In this document: positions 37,876-47,674 of the stretch, piece after piece
Numbering within the stretch: position 1 is the first letter of the stretch
Layout of the letters: each line of letters starts with the position of its first letter
NCBI GenBank assembly: GCA_024680055.1
Contig: JAILCP010000054.1
Location: 31,759 to 95,758, forward strand
DNA length: 64,000 bases
From: Lachnospiraceae bacterium
Lineage (GTDB): Bacteria; Bacillota; Clostridia; Lachnospirales; Lachnospiraceae
Direction of reading: 5' to 3'
Notes under the pieces: model-generated
What the model was told of the DNA's origin: nothing
Databases searched by the model: none
What the model saw: only the letters and a program-made list of their open reading frames with translations
Translations under genes and position numbers: made by a program

Positions 37876-37887
37876 TCATACAAAGAA

Positions 37888-37920
37888 GAAAGGAAAGACA
37901 TGGAATTTGTTTTTCCTTTC
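37888..37920 (+). other. Stem-loop between infB and rbfA
   Basis: GAAAGGAAAGACA-TGGAATT-TGTTTTTCCTTTC 13-bp stem with one G-U. Confidence 0.6.
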
Positions 37921-37942
37921 CTAATATTGAAAAGGAATTAAA

Positions 37943-38326
37943 ATGAGAAAAAACAGTATAAAAAATACACGAATCAACGAGGAAGTATTACATGAACTTT
38001 CCAACATTATTCGTGGTGAAATAAAGGATCCAAGAATCAATGAGTTTACCAGTGTGGTTGCCGTTGAAGTGGCTCCTGATTTAAAAACATGTAAGGCTTA
38101 CATCAGCGTACTTGGTGATGAACAGTCTCAAAAAGACACGCTGGAAGGACTTCAAAGTGCCCAGGGATTTATTAAATCCAAGCTGGCAAAACGAATCAAC
38201 CTTCGAAACACACCAAGCATTACCTTTATTATGGATCAGTCCATTGAATACGGTGTAAGAATGTCACATAAAATTGATGAGGTTACCGCCTCTTTACATA
38301 ATAATGAAAACGAGGATGAGCAATAA
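37943..38326 (+). CDS. rbfA: Ribosome-binding factor A
   Basis: EIKDPR, V.V.PDLK.CK.YIS, L.SA.GFI...L...INLR.TP.I.F..D.S.EYG. Confidence 0.97.
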   Translation: MRKNSIKNTRINEEVLHELSNIIRGEIKDPRINEFTSVVAVEVAPDLKTCKAYISVLGDEQSQKDTLEGLQSAQGFIKSKLAKRINLRNTPSITFIMDQSIEYGVRMSHKIDEVTASLHNNENEDEQ

Positions 38327-39270
38327 TGAATTTGTCAGAAATTCTTGCAAAGGGTCATACCATTGGAATCTCCGGTCATACAAAGCCGGACGGTGACTGT
38401 ATTGGTTCTACCTTGGGATTGTATAATTACATTAAACTTTATTATCCTGAGAAAGAGGTTTCTCTTTATCTTGAAGAGCCTCCTTCTGAATTCCTTTTTC
38501 TTCATGGGGTTGATGAAATCAAACATGAAAAAGAGGAAAACAAGGTGTTTGACGTTTATTTTGCACTGGATTGCGGGGATAGTAAACGCCTTGGGGAGTT
38601 TGGAGAACATTTTGAAAACGCACATTTTACCGCATGCGTGGATCATCATAAAAGTAATTTGTCCTTTGCGGATGACAACTACATTGTGCCGGAGGCAAGT
38701 TCCACCAGCGAACTTATTTTTAACCTGATGGAACAGGAAAAAATCACAAAAGAAATTGCGGAATGCCTGTATCTTGGAATGGTACATGACACCGGAGTTT
38801 TTCAATATTCCTGCACCCATGCATCTACCATGAACGCAGCCGGTGTTTTAATGGACAAAGGAATTGATTACAGCAGGATTGTTGATGAGTCCTACTACGA
38901 GAAAACCCTGGCGCAAAATAAGATTTTGGCAAAAGCTGTATTGGATGCGGAATGTTATTTTGACGGACAGGTTATTTATACCGTTGTTACCCAAAAAGAG
39001 ATGGAAGAATTTGGGGTTACAACCAAAGATTTAAGCGGTATTGTAAATCAGATTAGAATCACAAAGGGTGTGGAAGTGGCTGTTTTTGTCTATGAAAACA
39101 AAGAACAGGATTACAAAGTCAGCATGCGAAGCAAACGTTTTGTAGATGTCTCTGAAATTGCCGTTCGTCACGGTGGTGGCGGACATGCAAGAGCTGCCGG
39201 CGTAAATATCAGCGGTAGCGAGAAAGAAGTGAAAGATCTGATTTTAAAAGAACTTTCCAAATATTTTTAA
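38326..39270 (+). CDS. nrnA: DHH/DHHA1 nanoRNase / pAp phosphatase
   Basis: H..PDGDCIGS, LDCG...RLG, VDHH, DTG.F, GGGGH..AAG. Confidence 0.9.
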   Translation: MNLSEILAKGHTIGISGHTKPDGDCIGSTLGLYNYIKLYYPEKEVSLYLEEPPSEFLFLHGVDEIKHEKEENKVFDVYFALDCGDSKRLGEFGEHFENAHFTACVDHHKSNLSFADDNYIVPEASSTSELIFNLMEQEKITKEIAECLYLGMVHDTGVFQYSCTHASTMNAAGVLMDKGIDYSRIVDESYYEKTLAQNKILAKAVLDAECYFDGQVIYTVVTQKEMEEFGVTTKDLSGIVNQIRITKGVEVAVFVYENKEQDYKVSMRSKRFVDVSEIAVRHGGGGHARAAGVNISGSEKEVKDLILKELSKYF

Positions 39271-39286
39271 AGGGAATATTCATACT

Positions 39287-40192
39287 GTGTTAAATGGAAT
39301 TATTGTAGTAAATAAAGAAGCAGGATTTACCTCTCATGATGTGGTTGCAAAAATGAGAGGTATTTGTAAACAAAAGAAAATCGGTCATACCGGAACGCTG
39401 GATCCGGATGCGGTGGGAGTGCTTCCCATTTGCCTTGGAAAAGGTACAAAGGTAAGCGGAATGCTGACAGATTCCGACAAGGAATACGAAGCAGTTTTGC
39501 GTCTTGGTATGAACACCGATACGTTGGATTTATCCGGAACCGTTTTGGAAACCTTTGATGTAAATGTAACAGAAGAACAGGTGAGAGAAGTCATTTGTGA
39601 CTTTGTGGGTGAAATCAAACAGATTCCACCTATGTATTCTGCATTGAAGGTGAACGGAAAAAAGCTGTGTGACCTTGCCAGAAGCGGAGTCAATGTGGAG
39701 CGTAAAGCACGTGATATCACCATTTATTCCATTGAGATTCTGAAAATGGAACTTCCTGATATTACCATAAAGGTTGCCTGTTCCAAGGGCACCTACATCA
39801 GAAGTCTATGTAACGATATTGGAAACAAACTGGGCTGCGGAGGGGTCATGGCCCATTTGATTCGAACAAAAGCGGCAGGTTATACCTTAAAAGATGCCTA
39901 TTCTTTGGATGAAATTCAAAGATTACAAGACCAGGGTGAGCTTCAAAACGCCATCAAACCCATTGATTCGGTGTTTTATGCTTATCCAAAAGCGGTGGTA
40001 CTTGACACCATTCGTCCTCTTGCCATCAACGGAAATCCCCTTCCAAAGGAAAGGGTTGTTGCAAAAGAGGCATCAATGTATTATCGTTTATATGATGAGG
40101 CGGGATTGTTTATCGGTATTTTTACCTATTATGAAAAACAAAAACTTTTCCGTCCTTTGAAAATGTTCCTGGATAGTGACAAAGGAAAATAG
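39287..40192 (+). CDS. truB: tRNA pseudouridine-55 synthase
   Basis: TSHDVV, KIGHTGTLDP.A.GVL, QIPPMYSA.K..G, CSKGTYIRSL. Confidence 0.98.
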   Translation: MLNGIIVVNKEAGFTSHDVVAKMRGICKQKKIGHTGTLDPDAVGVLPICLGKGTKVSGMLTDSDKEYEAVLRLGMNTDTLDLSGTVLETFDVNVTEEQVREVICDFVGEIKQIPPMYSALKVNGKKLCDLARSGVNVERKARDITIYSIEILKMELPDITIKVACSKGTYIRSLCNDIGNKLGCGGVMAHLIRTKAAGYTLKDAYSLDEIQRLQDQGELQNAIKPIDSVFYAYPKAVVLDTIRPLAINGNPLPKERVVAKEASMYYRLYDEAGLFIGIFTYYEKQKLFRPLKMFLDSDKGK

Positions 40193-40197
40193 TATAC

Positions 40198-41127
40198 ATG
40201 ATTTATTTTAAAGACACCACCGACTTTTATGTCGAGGAAGGTACAACATTAGCTCTTGGTAAGTTTGACGGGCTTCACAGCGGTCATCGATATCTGATGA
40301 ACTTCCTTATGAAGGAAAAACGTGAGCGTAACTTAAAAAGCGTTATTTTTACGTTTGAGCGTCCACCAAAGGACGAAATTGAAAAGTGTGCCCACAATGT
40401 TTTGTCCACAAACCGTGAAAAAGAGTTTATTTTTGATTATGTTGGTGTAGACATTTTAATAGAGTGTCCTTTTAATGATGAAATAATGCATATGAAAGCG
40501 GAAGACTTTGTAAAAATGCTGGTGGACCGATTACATATTAAATCCATAATTGTGGGAACCGACGTGGCCTTTGGCTTTGAACGTAAAGGTGACTATAAAC
40601 TGTTAACCAAAATGGGGCCGGAACTTGGATTTGATGTGATTTTGGTGCATAAAAAACAATTTGACGGAGAAGATATCAGCAGTACAAGAATTCGAGGATT
40701 GATTGAGGAAGGTGACATTGAGTATGCCAATGAGCTGCTTGGATATGAATTTTTTATCCAGGGTGTTGTCAGCCACGGAAGGCATCTTGGAACCACCATC
40801 GGAGTTCCAACCATCAATGTAATTCCTGCATATCGTAAGATTTTGCCACCCAACGGAGTTTATATTTCAAGAGTAAGACTTCAAGGAAAAAATTATTACG
40901 GAATTACGGATATCGGTTACAAACCCACAGTGGGCAGTAACATTTTGGGTACGGAAACCCATATCCTTGACTTTAATAAAGATGTTTATGATGAAGATGT
41001 TCGAGTTCATTTAATTAAGCGGATCCGCGGAGAGATTAAGTTCGACTCTCTGGATGCGTTAAAAGAGCAAATAGCCAAAGATGAAGCAGAGACCAGAGAA
41101 TATTTCAAAATTGTTACAAATGATTGA
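40198..41127 (+). CDS. ribF: Bifunctional riboflavin kinase/FAD synthetase
   Basis: LGKFDGLHSGH, ISSTRIR, G.HLG..IG.PT.N, G..PT, ETHILDF. Confidence 0.96.
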   Translation: MIYFKDTTDFYVEEGTTLALGKFDGLHSGHRYLMNFLMKEKRERNLKSVIFTFERPPKDEIEKCAHNVLSTNREKEFIFDYVGVDILIECPFNDEIMHMKAEDFVKMLVDRLHIKSIIVGTDVAFGFERKGDYKLLTKMGPELGFDVILVHKKQFDGEDISSTRIRGLIEEGDIEYANELLGYEFFIQGVVSHGRHLGTTIGVPTINVIPAYRKILPPNGVYISRVRLQGKNYYGITDIGYKPTVGSNILGTETHILDFNKDVYDEDVRVHLIKRIRGEIKFDSLDALKEQIAKDEAETREYFKIVTND

Positions 41128-41152
41128 CAAAACAATTTCTCGGTGCTATGAT
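41124..41152 (+). promoter_or_regulatory. SigA promoter for the NlpC/P60 gene
   Basis: TTGACA-17 nt-TATGAT with extended -10 TG. Confidence 0.75.
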
Positions 41153-41193
41153 TCCCTTAGTAAAATGTTAAAGAGTAGGAGACTTGTATTTTT

Positions 41194-42426
41194 ATGAAAG
41201 GATTGAAAGTAAAGGTTTTATCTTGTGCGGTTGTGATTGCTACGGTCATGTCTATGGGGGGAACCATTGCACTTCACAATCAGGAAGGAAAGACAAAAGA
41301 AGGTCTTCTTTTGACCTCCGGTGTTTCAACCACTCTTTCCAATTCACTTATATGTAAGGAGGATGGCAACTTGTTGCAGGCAGGAATTTCTTCTGACCTG
41401 GCATCCAAGATTGCTGCCAATATTGACACATCTTTTGATTACAGTTTAAATGCAGGCATTTCCGATAGCCTTTCAGAAGCGCTTATGACAGCATCCATTA
41501 AGGAAAATGATGTTACACTCACTTCAACCAGCGCCAAGGCGGATGTGGATTCCAAATACATCGGAACCAATAAGAAAGGAAATACCACCGTATGTGGATA
41601 CGAGAAATTAGGTATTGTGCATGTGGATGGTAATTTAAATATACGAAAGACTTCTTCCAAAAAAGGAAAGATTATTGGTAAAGTTACCAATAAGGCCGGG
41701 TGCGAGATTATTAAGCAGGACGGAGATTGGACAAAGATTTCTTCCGGTAAGGTAACCGGATGGATTGATTCAGAATATCTTTTAACAGGGGAAGATGCCC
41801 TGGATAAAGTGGATGAATGTGCAGTTTGTGTTGCCAAGTCCACAACCAACAATTTACGGGTTCGAAGTGACGCCAGTACCAACGCCAAGATTCTTACCAC
41901 AATTGCAAAGAATGAGAAAGTTGAAGTTGTGGAAGAGGGCGAAGACTGGATTAAGGTAGATGTGAACGGAGATGAAGGCTATATCAGTGCAGATTATGCC
42001 GATACCAAGTATGAATTGGATACTGCCTCATCTTTGGCACAGTTGCAGTCAGGAGAGGGAACTTCCGATACAAGAGTTTCTCTTGTTCAATATGCCCTTT
42101 CTTTTGTAGGCGGTAGATACGTATGGGGAGGAACCAGTTTAACAAACGGTGTGGACTGTTCCGGATTTACCATGAGAATTTACCAAAAATATGGAGTTTC
42201 ACTTCCTCATTATTCCGGTGCGCAGGCATCCGGAGGAAGTTCCATAAGTTCATCGGAAGCAAGACCCGGAGATTTATTTTTCTACGGATCTGGCGGACAT
42301 ATCAGCCACGTTGCCATTTACATTGGAAACGGACAAATTGTTCATGCATCCAATTCCAGAACCGGAATCATTGTTTCCAATGCATTTTATCGTGACCCGA
42401 TTAAAGTGGTTCGTTATTTAAACTAG
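41194..42426 (+). CDS. Secreted SH3b-SH3b-NlpC/P60 peptidoglycan endopeptidase
   Basis: Signal/anchor; LNIRK...GW and LRVRS...GYIS SH3b repeats; YVWGG, DCSGF, HVAIYIG..Q.VHAS catalytic motifs. Confidence 0.92.
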   Translation: MKGLKVKVLSCAVVIATVMSMGGTIALHNQEGKTKEGLLLTSGVSTTLSNSLICKEDGNLLQAGISSDLASKIAANIDTSFDYSLNAGISDSLSEALMTASIKENDVTLTSTSAKADVDSKYIGTNKKGNTTVCGYEKLGIVHVDGNLNIRKTSSKKGKIIGKVTNKAGCEIIKQDGDWTKISSGKVTGWIDSEYLLTGEDALDKVDECAVCVAKSTTNNLRVRSDASTNAKILTTIAKNEKVEVVEEGEDWIKVDVNGDEGYISADYADTKYELDTASSLAQLQSGEGTSDTRVSLVQYALSFVGGRYVWGGTSLTNGVDCSGFTMRIYQKYGVSLPHYSGAQASGGSSISSSEARPGDLFFYGSGGHISHVAIYIGNGQIVHASNSRTGIIVSNAFYRDPIKVVRYLN

Positions 42427-42455
42427 TTTACAAAAACTAGCGGTTGTGATATTAT
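42427..42455 (+). promoter_or_regulatory. Putative SigA promoter of rpsO
   Basis: TTTACA-17 nt-TATTAT with extended -10 TG. Confidence 0.6.
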
Positions 42456-42459
42456 ATTT

Positions 42460-42521
42460 GAGTATGAGTTTGCCCATGCTCAGTGTAAGGACACTCCGAC
42501 CTTATGCTTAGCATCATACTT
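42460..42521 (+). ncRNA. S15 (rpsO) leader RNA
   Basis: GAGTATGA/TCATACTT outer stem and ATGCT..GTGTAAGG/CCTTATGC..AGCAT inner stem closing an ACACTCCGA loop upstream of rpsO. Confidence 0.65.
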
Positions 42522-42562
42522 TCTAGGGCGTAGATTTATTTATATTTAAGGAGGATTTCGAA

Positions 42563-42829
42563 ATGATTTCTAAAGAAAAGAAAACAGCAATTATTAACGA
42601 GTATGCAAGAACAGCCGGTGATACAGGATCTCCAGAAGTTCAGGTAGCAATTCTTACAGCAAGAATTCAGGAGCTTACCGAGCATCTTAAAATCAACCAG
42701 AAAGATCATCACTCAAGAAGAGGACTTCTTAAGATGGTTGGTCAGAGACGTAGATTATTAGCATACTTAAAGAACAAAGATATCGAGAGATATCGTGATT
42801 TAATCGCACGTTTAGGTATTAGAAAATAA
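42563..42829 (+). CDS. rpsO: 30S ribosomal protein S15
   Basis: [33 protein letters not shown]. Confidence 0.99.
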   Translation: MISKEKKTAIINEYARTAGDTGSPEVQVAILTARIQELTEHLKINQKDHHSRRGLLKMVGQRRRLLAYLKNKDIERYRDLIARLGIRK

Positions 42830-42848
42830 TCTTGAATGTAAGATTACA

Positions 42849-42882
42849 AATAGGGCGGAAACATTTCCGCCCTATTGCTTTA
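42849..42882 (+). terminator. Terminator after rpsO
   Basis: AATAGGGCGGAA-ACAT-TTCCGCCCTATT then GCTTT. Confidence 0.8.
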
Positions 42883-42899
42883 TGAAAAGTGATTATTGA

Positions 42900-42980
42900 T
42901 GTGGGGAGTAAGAGCTTCCGAAGCCACTGAAATGCACATATAAGGTATGTGTGTTTCAGTAGTTTCGGATTCTCCCTACA
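42900..42980 (+). promoter_or_regulatory. Long pnp 5' leader stem-loop (candidate RNase III site)
   Basis: 42917-42941 pairs with 42945-42969 (25 positions, one mismatch, G-U allowed); outer stem 42900-08/42972-80; ends immediately before the SD. Confidence 0.7.
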
Positions 42981-42993
42981 AGAAGGAGGAAAA

Positions 42994-45096
42994 ATGTTTA
43001 AGAGTTATTCAATGGAAATCGGCGGCAGAACTTTAAGAGTTGATGTGGGCCGTGTGGCAGCTCAGGCCAATGGAGCAGCATTAATGTTTTATGGTGACAC
43101 TTGCGTACTCAGTACTGCAACAGCATCAGAAAAACCAAGAGAGGGAATTGATTTCTTCCCTTTAAGTGTAGAATTTGAAGAGAAGATGTATTCTGTAGGA
43201 AAGATTCCTGGAGGATTTAATAAACGTGAAGGAAAGGCATCTGAGAACAGTGTTTTAACAGCACGTGTTATCGACCGTCCAATGCGTCCGTTATTCCCGA
43301 AGGATTATCGTAATGATGTTACATTAAACAACATGGTTATGAGCGTTGATCCACAGTGCAGACCGGAACTTGTTGCTATGCTTGGATCTGCCATTGCAAC
43401 CAGTATTTCTGATATTCCTTTCTGCGGACCATGTGCAACTACACAGTTAGGTCTTGTGGACGGAGAATTTGTTATAAACCCTAGTCAGGAACAGTGGGAT
43501 AACGGTGATTTACAGTTAACTGTTGCATCCACCTCTGAAAAGGTTATTATGATTGAAGCCGGAGCCAATGAAGTACCGGAAGATAAGATGATTGAAGCAA
43601 TCTACAAATGCCATGAAATCAATCAGGGTATTATTGAATTTATCAATAAGATGGTTGCTGAAATCGGTAAAGAAAAACATGAATATGAAAGCTGTGCCGT
43701 ACCGGAAGAGTTGTTCGCAGCTATGAAAGAAATTGCTTCACCGGAAGAAATGGAAGAAGCAGTATTTACAGATGAGAAGCAGGTTCGTGAAGAGAACATT
43801 CGTGTAATCAGAGAAAAGATGGAAGAGGCTTTCGCTGATAATGAAGAATGGCTTGGTTTAATTCCGGAAGCACTTTATCAGTATCAGAAAAAGACAGTAC
43901 GTAAAATGATTTTAAAAGATCACAAACGTCCGGATGGTCGTAAGATTGATCAGATTCGTCCACTGGCAGCGGAAGTTGACTTAATTCCAAGAGTTCATGG
44001 TTCTGCAATGTTTACCCGTGGACAGACACAGATTTGTACCGTTACTACCTTGGGACCACTTTCTGACGGTCAGAAGATTGACGGATTAGATGAAAATATT
44101 ACAGGCAAGAGATACATGCATCATTATAATTTCCCATCCTATTCTGTAGGTGAAACAAAACCTAGCCGTGGACCGGGAAGAAGAGAAATCGGACATGGTG
44201 CATTGGCTGAAAAGGCATTGGTTCCTGTACTTCCAAGTGAAGAGGAATTCCCATATGCAATCAGAACTGTATCTGAAACCTTTGAATCCAACGGTTCCAC
44301 ATCACAGGCTTCCATTTGTGCATCTACCATGTCTCTTATGGCTGCCGGTGTACCGATTAAGAAACAGGTTGCAGGAATTTCCTGTGGTCTTGTAACCGGT
44401 GAAACCGATGATGACTACATTGTTTTAACCGATATTCAGGGATTGGAAGATTTCTTTGGAGATATGGACTTTAAGGTTGCCGGAACTCATGACGGTATTA
44501 CAGCAATTCAGATGGATATTAAGATTCACGGATTGACTAGACCAATCGTAGAAGAAGCCATTGCAAGAACCAAAGAGGCAAGAGAATATATTATTAATAA
44601 TGTTCTTACCCCTGCAATTGCACAGCCTCGTGAAGAAGTTGGCGAATTTGCACCAAAGATTAGCCAGATGAACATTGATCCGGCTAAGATTGGTGATGTT
44701 GTTGGACAGCGTGGAAAGACCATTAACACAATTATTGAACAAACCGGTGTAAAGATTGATATTACCGATGACGGATTTGTTTCCATTTGCGGAAACGATG
44801 CCAACGGTATTGCAGAAGCAAAACATATGATTAAAGTAATTACCACTGACTTTGAAGAAGGAATGGTATTTACCGGAAAAGTTGTTAGCATTAAAGAATT
44901 TGGTGCTTTCATTGAATTTGCTCCGGGTAAAGAGGGAATGGTTCACATTTCCAAGATTTGCAAGGAAAGAATTCAGCATGTAGAAGACGTTCTTACTTTA
45001 GGAGATAAGGTTACTGTTGTATGTCTTGGAAAAGACAAGATGGGACGTATCAGCTTCTCCATTAAGGATGTAAAAGAAGGTGCACAGGCAATTTAA
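42994..45096 (+). CDS. pnp: Polyribonucleotide nucleotidyltransferase
   Basis: IDFFPLSV, IPGGF.KREG, RVIDRPMRP, RGQTQ, RREIGHGALAE, ESNGSTSQAS, DMDFKVAG, KH and S1 domains. Confidence 0.99.
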   Translation: MFKSYSMEIGGRTLRVDVGRVAAQANGAALMFYGDTCVLSTATASEKPREGIDFFPLSVEFEEKMYSVGKIPGGFNKREGKASENSVLTARVIDRPMRPLFPKDYRNDVTLNNMVMSVDPQCRPELVAMLGSAIATSISDIPFCGPCATTQLGLVDGEFVINPSQEQWDNGDLQLTVASTSEKVIMIEAGANEVPEDKMIEAIYKCHEINQGIIEFINKMVAEIGKEKHEYESCAVPEELFAAMKEIASPEEMEEAVFTDEKQVREENIRVIREKMEEAFADNEEWLGLIPEALYQYQKKTVRKMILKDHKRPDGRKIDQIRPLAAEVDLIPRVHGSAMFTRGQTQICTVTTLGPLSDGQKIDGLDENITGKRYMHHYNFPSYSVGETKPSRGPGRREIGHGALAEKALVPVLPSEEEFPYAIRTVSETFESNGSTSQASICASTMSLMAAGVPIKKQVAGISCGLVTGETDDDYIVLTDIQGLEDFFGDMDFKVAGTHDGITAIQMDIKIHGLTRPIVEEAIARTKEAREYIINNVLTPAIAQPREEVGEFAPKISQMNIDPAKIGDVVGQRGKTINTIIEQTGVKIDITDDGFVSICGNDANGIAEAKHMIKVITTDFEEGMVFTGKVVSIKEFGAFIEFAPGKEGMVHISKICKERIQHVEDVLTLGDKVTVVCLGKDKMGRISFSIKDVKEGAQAI

Positions 45097-45120
45097 CAGT
45101 TGCAATTGTGAAGTAAAAAC

Positions 45121-45156
45121 AGGCTGTCATTCACCATGTGGATGACAGCTTTTTTG
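45121..45156 (+). terminator. Terminator after pnp
   Basis: AGGCTGTCATTCAC-CAT-GTGGATGACAGCTT then TTTTT. Confidence 0.85.
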
Positions 45157-45214
45157 ACACTTATAGGGTAGAATGTTATACTTTTTACTAGGAGAAAAAG
45201 GAGGTGAAACAATC

Positions 45215-46750
45215 ATGGCTAGGTTAATAAAAATGTTATCCAGCAGGCTGATGGTCTGGGCGATACTGATGTTGGCTCAAGTGGGATGGTTTGTTTCACT
45301 TGTTCTTTATTTTAATAAGACTTTTCCTTTTGCGGGAGTGCTGGTACAGATTGCAGCGGTTTTGATTGTATTAATAATCGTAAACAAAGAAACCAATCCG
45401 TCTTTTAAACTGGCCTGGTCCGTTTTAATTCTGGGAATCCCGATTCTTGGAATTACCATGTACTATTTATTTGGGAGAACGGAAATCACCAAAACCAATC
45501 GAAGACGAATTGCCATTATGCATGAAAAGTCCGTAAAATTTTTGTCGGACAATGAGGATGTTATGGGAAGGATTTCTGCTCGAAGCCGTGGTGCCGGAAA
45601 GCAGTCGGATTATATTCGGAAATGGTCTGATTTTCCGCCATATGACAATTACGGATTAACCTATTACATGTCCGGTGATGACACCCTAAAACCTATTTTG
45701 GATGCCATTGACGGGGCAAAAGAATATATTTTTCTTGAGTTTTTCATTATTGAAGAAGGGGTATTTTTAAACAGTATTTTAAAGGCACTGCAAAAAAAGG
45801 CATTGGAAGGAATTGAAGTACGAATGATGTACGACGATTTTGGCTCTGCCACAAAGGTTCCCCTATATTATGATAAGGTGATTGAAGGAATGGGTATTCA
45901 ATGTATTCGATTCAATCCGTTGCGACCTTTTTTATCTGTGGTAATGAATAACAGAGACCACCGAAAGATGATTATTGTGGATGGAAAAATTGCTTTTACC
46001 GGTGGATTTAATCTTGCAGATGAGTACATCAATCAGCAGGAGCGTTTTGGCTATTGGAAGGATAACGGACTTCGCATTGAAGGACCTGCAGTTTCCAATT
46101 TTGTTGCCATGTTTATGGAAATGTGGCAGTATTCCACCAGGGAAAAAGAGGATGAATCTCCTTATTTTGCCACCTTTAAAGAGGGGGAATTTGTAAAGCA
46201 ACCGGGATATATTCAGCCGTATGCCGATTCTCCCCTGGACCGTGAAAAAGTTGGTGAGACGGTATATTTAAACATTATTAATCGTGCCAAGGATTATATT
46301 TACATTTTTACGCCGTATTTGATTATAGACAATGAGATGATGACAGCACTTTGCAATGCGGCAAAGCAGGGCGTGGATGTACGAATTGTAACTCCCGGAA
46401 TTCCTGACAAAAAGCTGGTATTCCTTATGACTCAGTCCTATTATGTCACCTTACTTGAGGCAGGGGTTCGTATTTATGAATTCCGTCCGGGATTTATTCA
46501 TGCAAAAACCTTTGTATGTGATGATGTAATTGCCACAGTTGGTACCATTAACCTGGATTACCGCAGTCTTTACATGCATTTTGAATGTGGCGTATGGATT
46601 CACAGAGCCAATGAGATTTCTCAGATCAAAGAAGATGCCCTAAACACCTTCTCTATTTCGGAAGAAATCACTTATGAAAAAGAAATCAACCGCAACTGGT
46701 TAATTAAAACCATTCAAGGAGTACTTCGATTACTGGCTCCGATTTTTTAG
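45215..46750 (+). CDS. cls: Cardiolipin synthase
   Basis: N-terminal TMs; two HKD motifs (HRKMIIVDG..A.TGG.N; HAKTFVCDD...VGT.NLD.RS). Confidence 0.95.
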   Translation: MARLIKMLSSRLMVWAILMLAQVGWFVSLVLYFNKTFPFAGVLVQIAAVLIVLIIVNKETNPSFKLAWSVLILGIPILGITMYYLFGRTEITKTNRRRIAIMHEKSVKFLSDNEDVMGRISARSRGAGKQSDYIRKWSDFPPYDNYGLTYYMSGDDTLKPILDAIDGAKEYIFLEFFIIEEGVFLNSILKALQKKALEGIEVRMMYDDFGSATKVPLYYDKVIEGMGIQCIRFNPLRPFLSVVMNNRDHRKMIIVDGKIAFTGGFNLADEYINQQERFGYWKDNGLRIEGPAVSNFVAMFMEMWQYSTREKEDESPYFATFKEGEFVKQPGYIQPYADSPLDREKVGETVYLNIINRAKDYIYIFTPYLIIDNEMMTALCNAAKQGVDVRIVTPGIPDKKLVFLMTQSYYVTLLEAGVRIYEFRPGFIHAKTFVCDDVIATVGTINLDYRSLYMHFECGVWIHRANEISQIKEDALNTFSISEEITYEKEINRNWLIKTIQGVLRLLAPIF

Positions 46751-46771
46751 CAATAAGAAAAGGATTCGATT

Positions 46772-47617
46772 ATGAACTATGTTATCCTATTGGGCTTGAT
46801 ATTGATTGCTGTAATTTGGCAGATTGTTGAATTACAGCAATTTCATGTTGTATCATACAATATCCACTCAGATAAAATAACCACCGCTAAAAAAATTGCT
46901 TTTTTATCCGATCTTCACGGTAAAACCTTTGGTGATCGGCTTATAAACACGCTTCAAAAAGAACAGCCGGATTTTATTCTTATAGGCGGAGATGTAATTT
47001 CCAAAAAACGATCCGTTGAAATGGACTATATGCCTGAATTTCTTGAACAAATCAGCAAGATTGCACCGGTGTATTATTGTTTTGGAAATCATGAAACCAC
47101 CATTGATGCCGTAATTTCTAAGGAAGATGAGGAGTATGAAAAGCGGTTTCTTTTCTATCTAGAAAAGATATCCCATTATAACATTCATCTTTTACGAAAT
47201 GAGGCAGTGGAAGTTGGCAATGATTTGCTGCTTTTGGGTCTGGAACTTCCGGTGGATTATTTTGGAAAAGAAGATCCTTTGGATTTAACAAAAGAAGCCA
47301 TGGAAGAACTTTTACCGCCTGTAAATACCAAGCGGTTTCAAATTCTTCTTGCCCATCATCCAAGGTTTGGGGATGTATACGGTCTTGGAAATTACGACCT
47401 TGTGTTATCCGGTCATACTCACGGTGGATTGATTCGTTTTCCCGTTGTGGGAAGTATCATCAGTACGGAATTAACTTTATTTCCTAAATATGACGGTGGA
47501 TTTTACTGTTTAAACAATGAGACACCTTTTGTGGTAAGCAAAGGGCTTGGTACTCATACCTTCCATATTCGAGTGAATGACAGGGCAGAAGTTGTGATGC
47601 TTCATATTTTACCCTAG
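46772..47617 (+). CDS. Membrane-anchored metallophosphoesterase (YkuE-like)
   Basis: LSDLHG, GGD, FGNHE, LAHHP, LSGHTHGG, SKGLG. Confidence 0.9.
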   Translation: MNYVILLGLILIAVIWQIVELQQFHVVSYNIHSDKITTAKKIAFLSDLHGKTFGDRLINTLQKEQPDFILIGGDVISKKRSVEMDYMPEFLEQISKIAPVYYCFGNHETTIDAVISKEDEEYEKRFLFYLEKISHYNIHLLRNEAVEVGNDLLLLGLELPVDYFGKEDPLDLTKEAMEELLPPVNTKRFQILLAHHPRFGDVYGLGNYDLVLSGHTHGGLIRFPVVGSIISTELTLFPKYDGGFYCLNNETPFVVSKGLGTHTFHIRVNDRAEVVMLHILP

Positions 47618-47628
47618 GATTTTTTCAC

Positions 47629-47657
47629 TTGCAAAGCAGGAGGATTGTTAGTAAAAT
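47629..47657 (+). promoter_or_regulatory. Putative SigA promoter for scpAB
   Basis: TTGCAA-17 nt-TAAAAT. Confidence 0.55.
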
Positions 47658-47674
47658 TACTTTCGGAGGATTTT

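Noticed and set aside
41110-41130. TTGTTA-N8-TGACAA as a Rex operator
   Set aside because: Length and spacing (20 nt) do not fit the 18-nt Rex consensus; the right half is simply the -35 box
42423-42440. CTAGTTT-ACAA-AAACTAG inverted repeat over the rpsO -35
   Set aside because: Short, AT-rich and partly made of a stop codon and the -35 box; not distinguishable from chance
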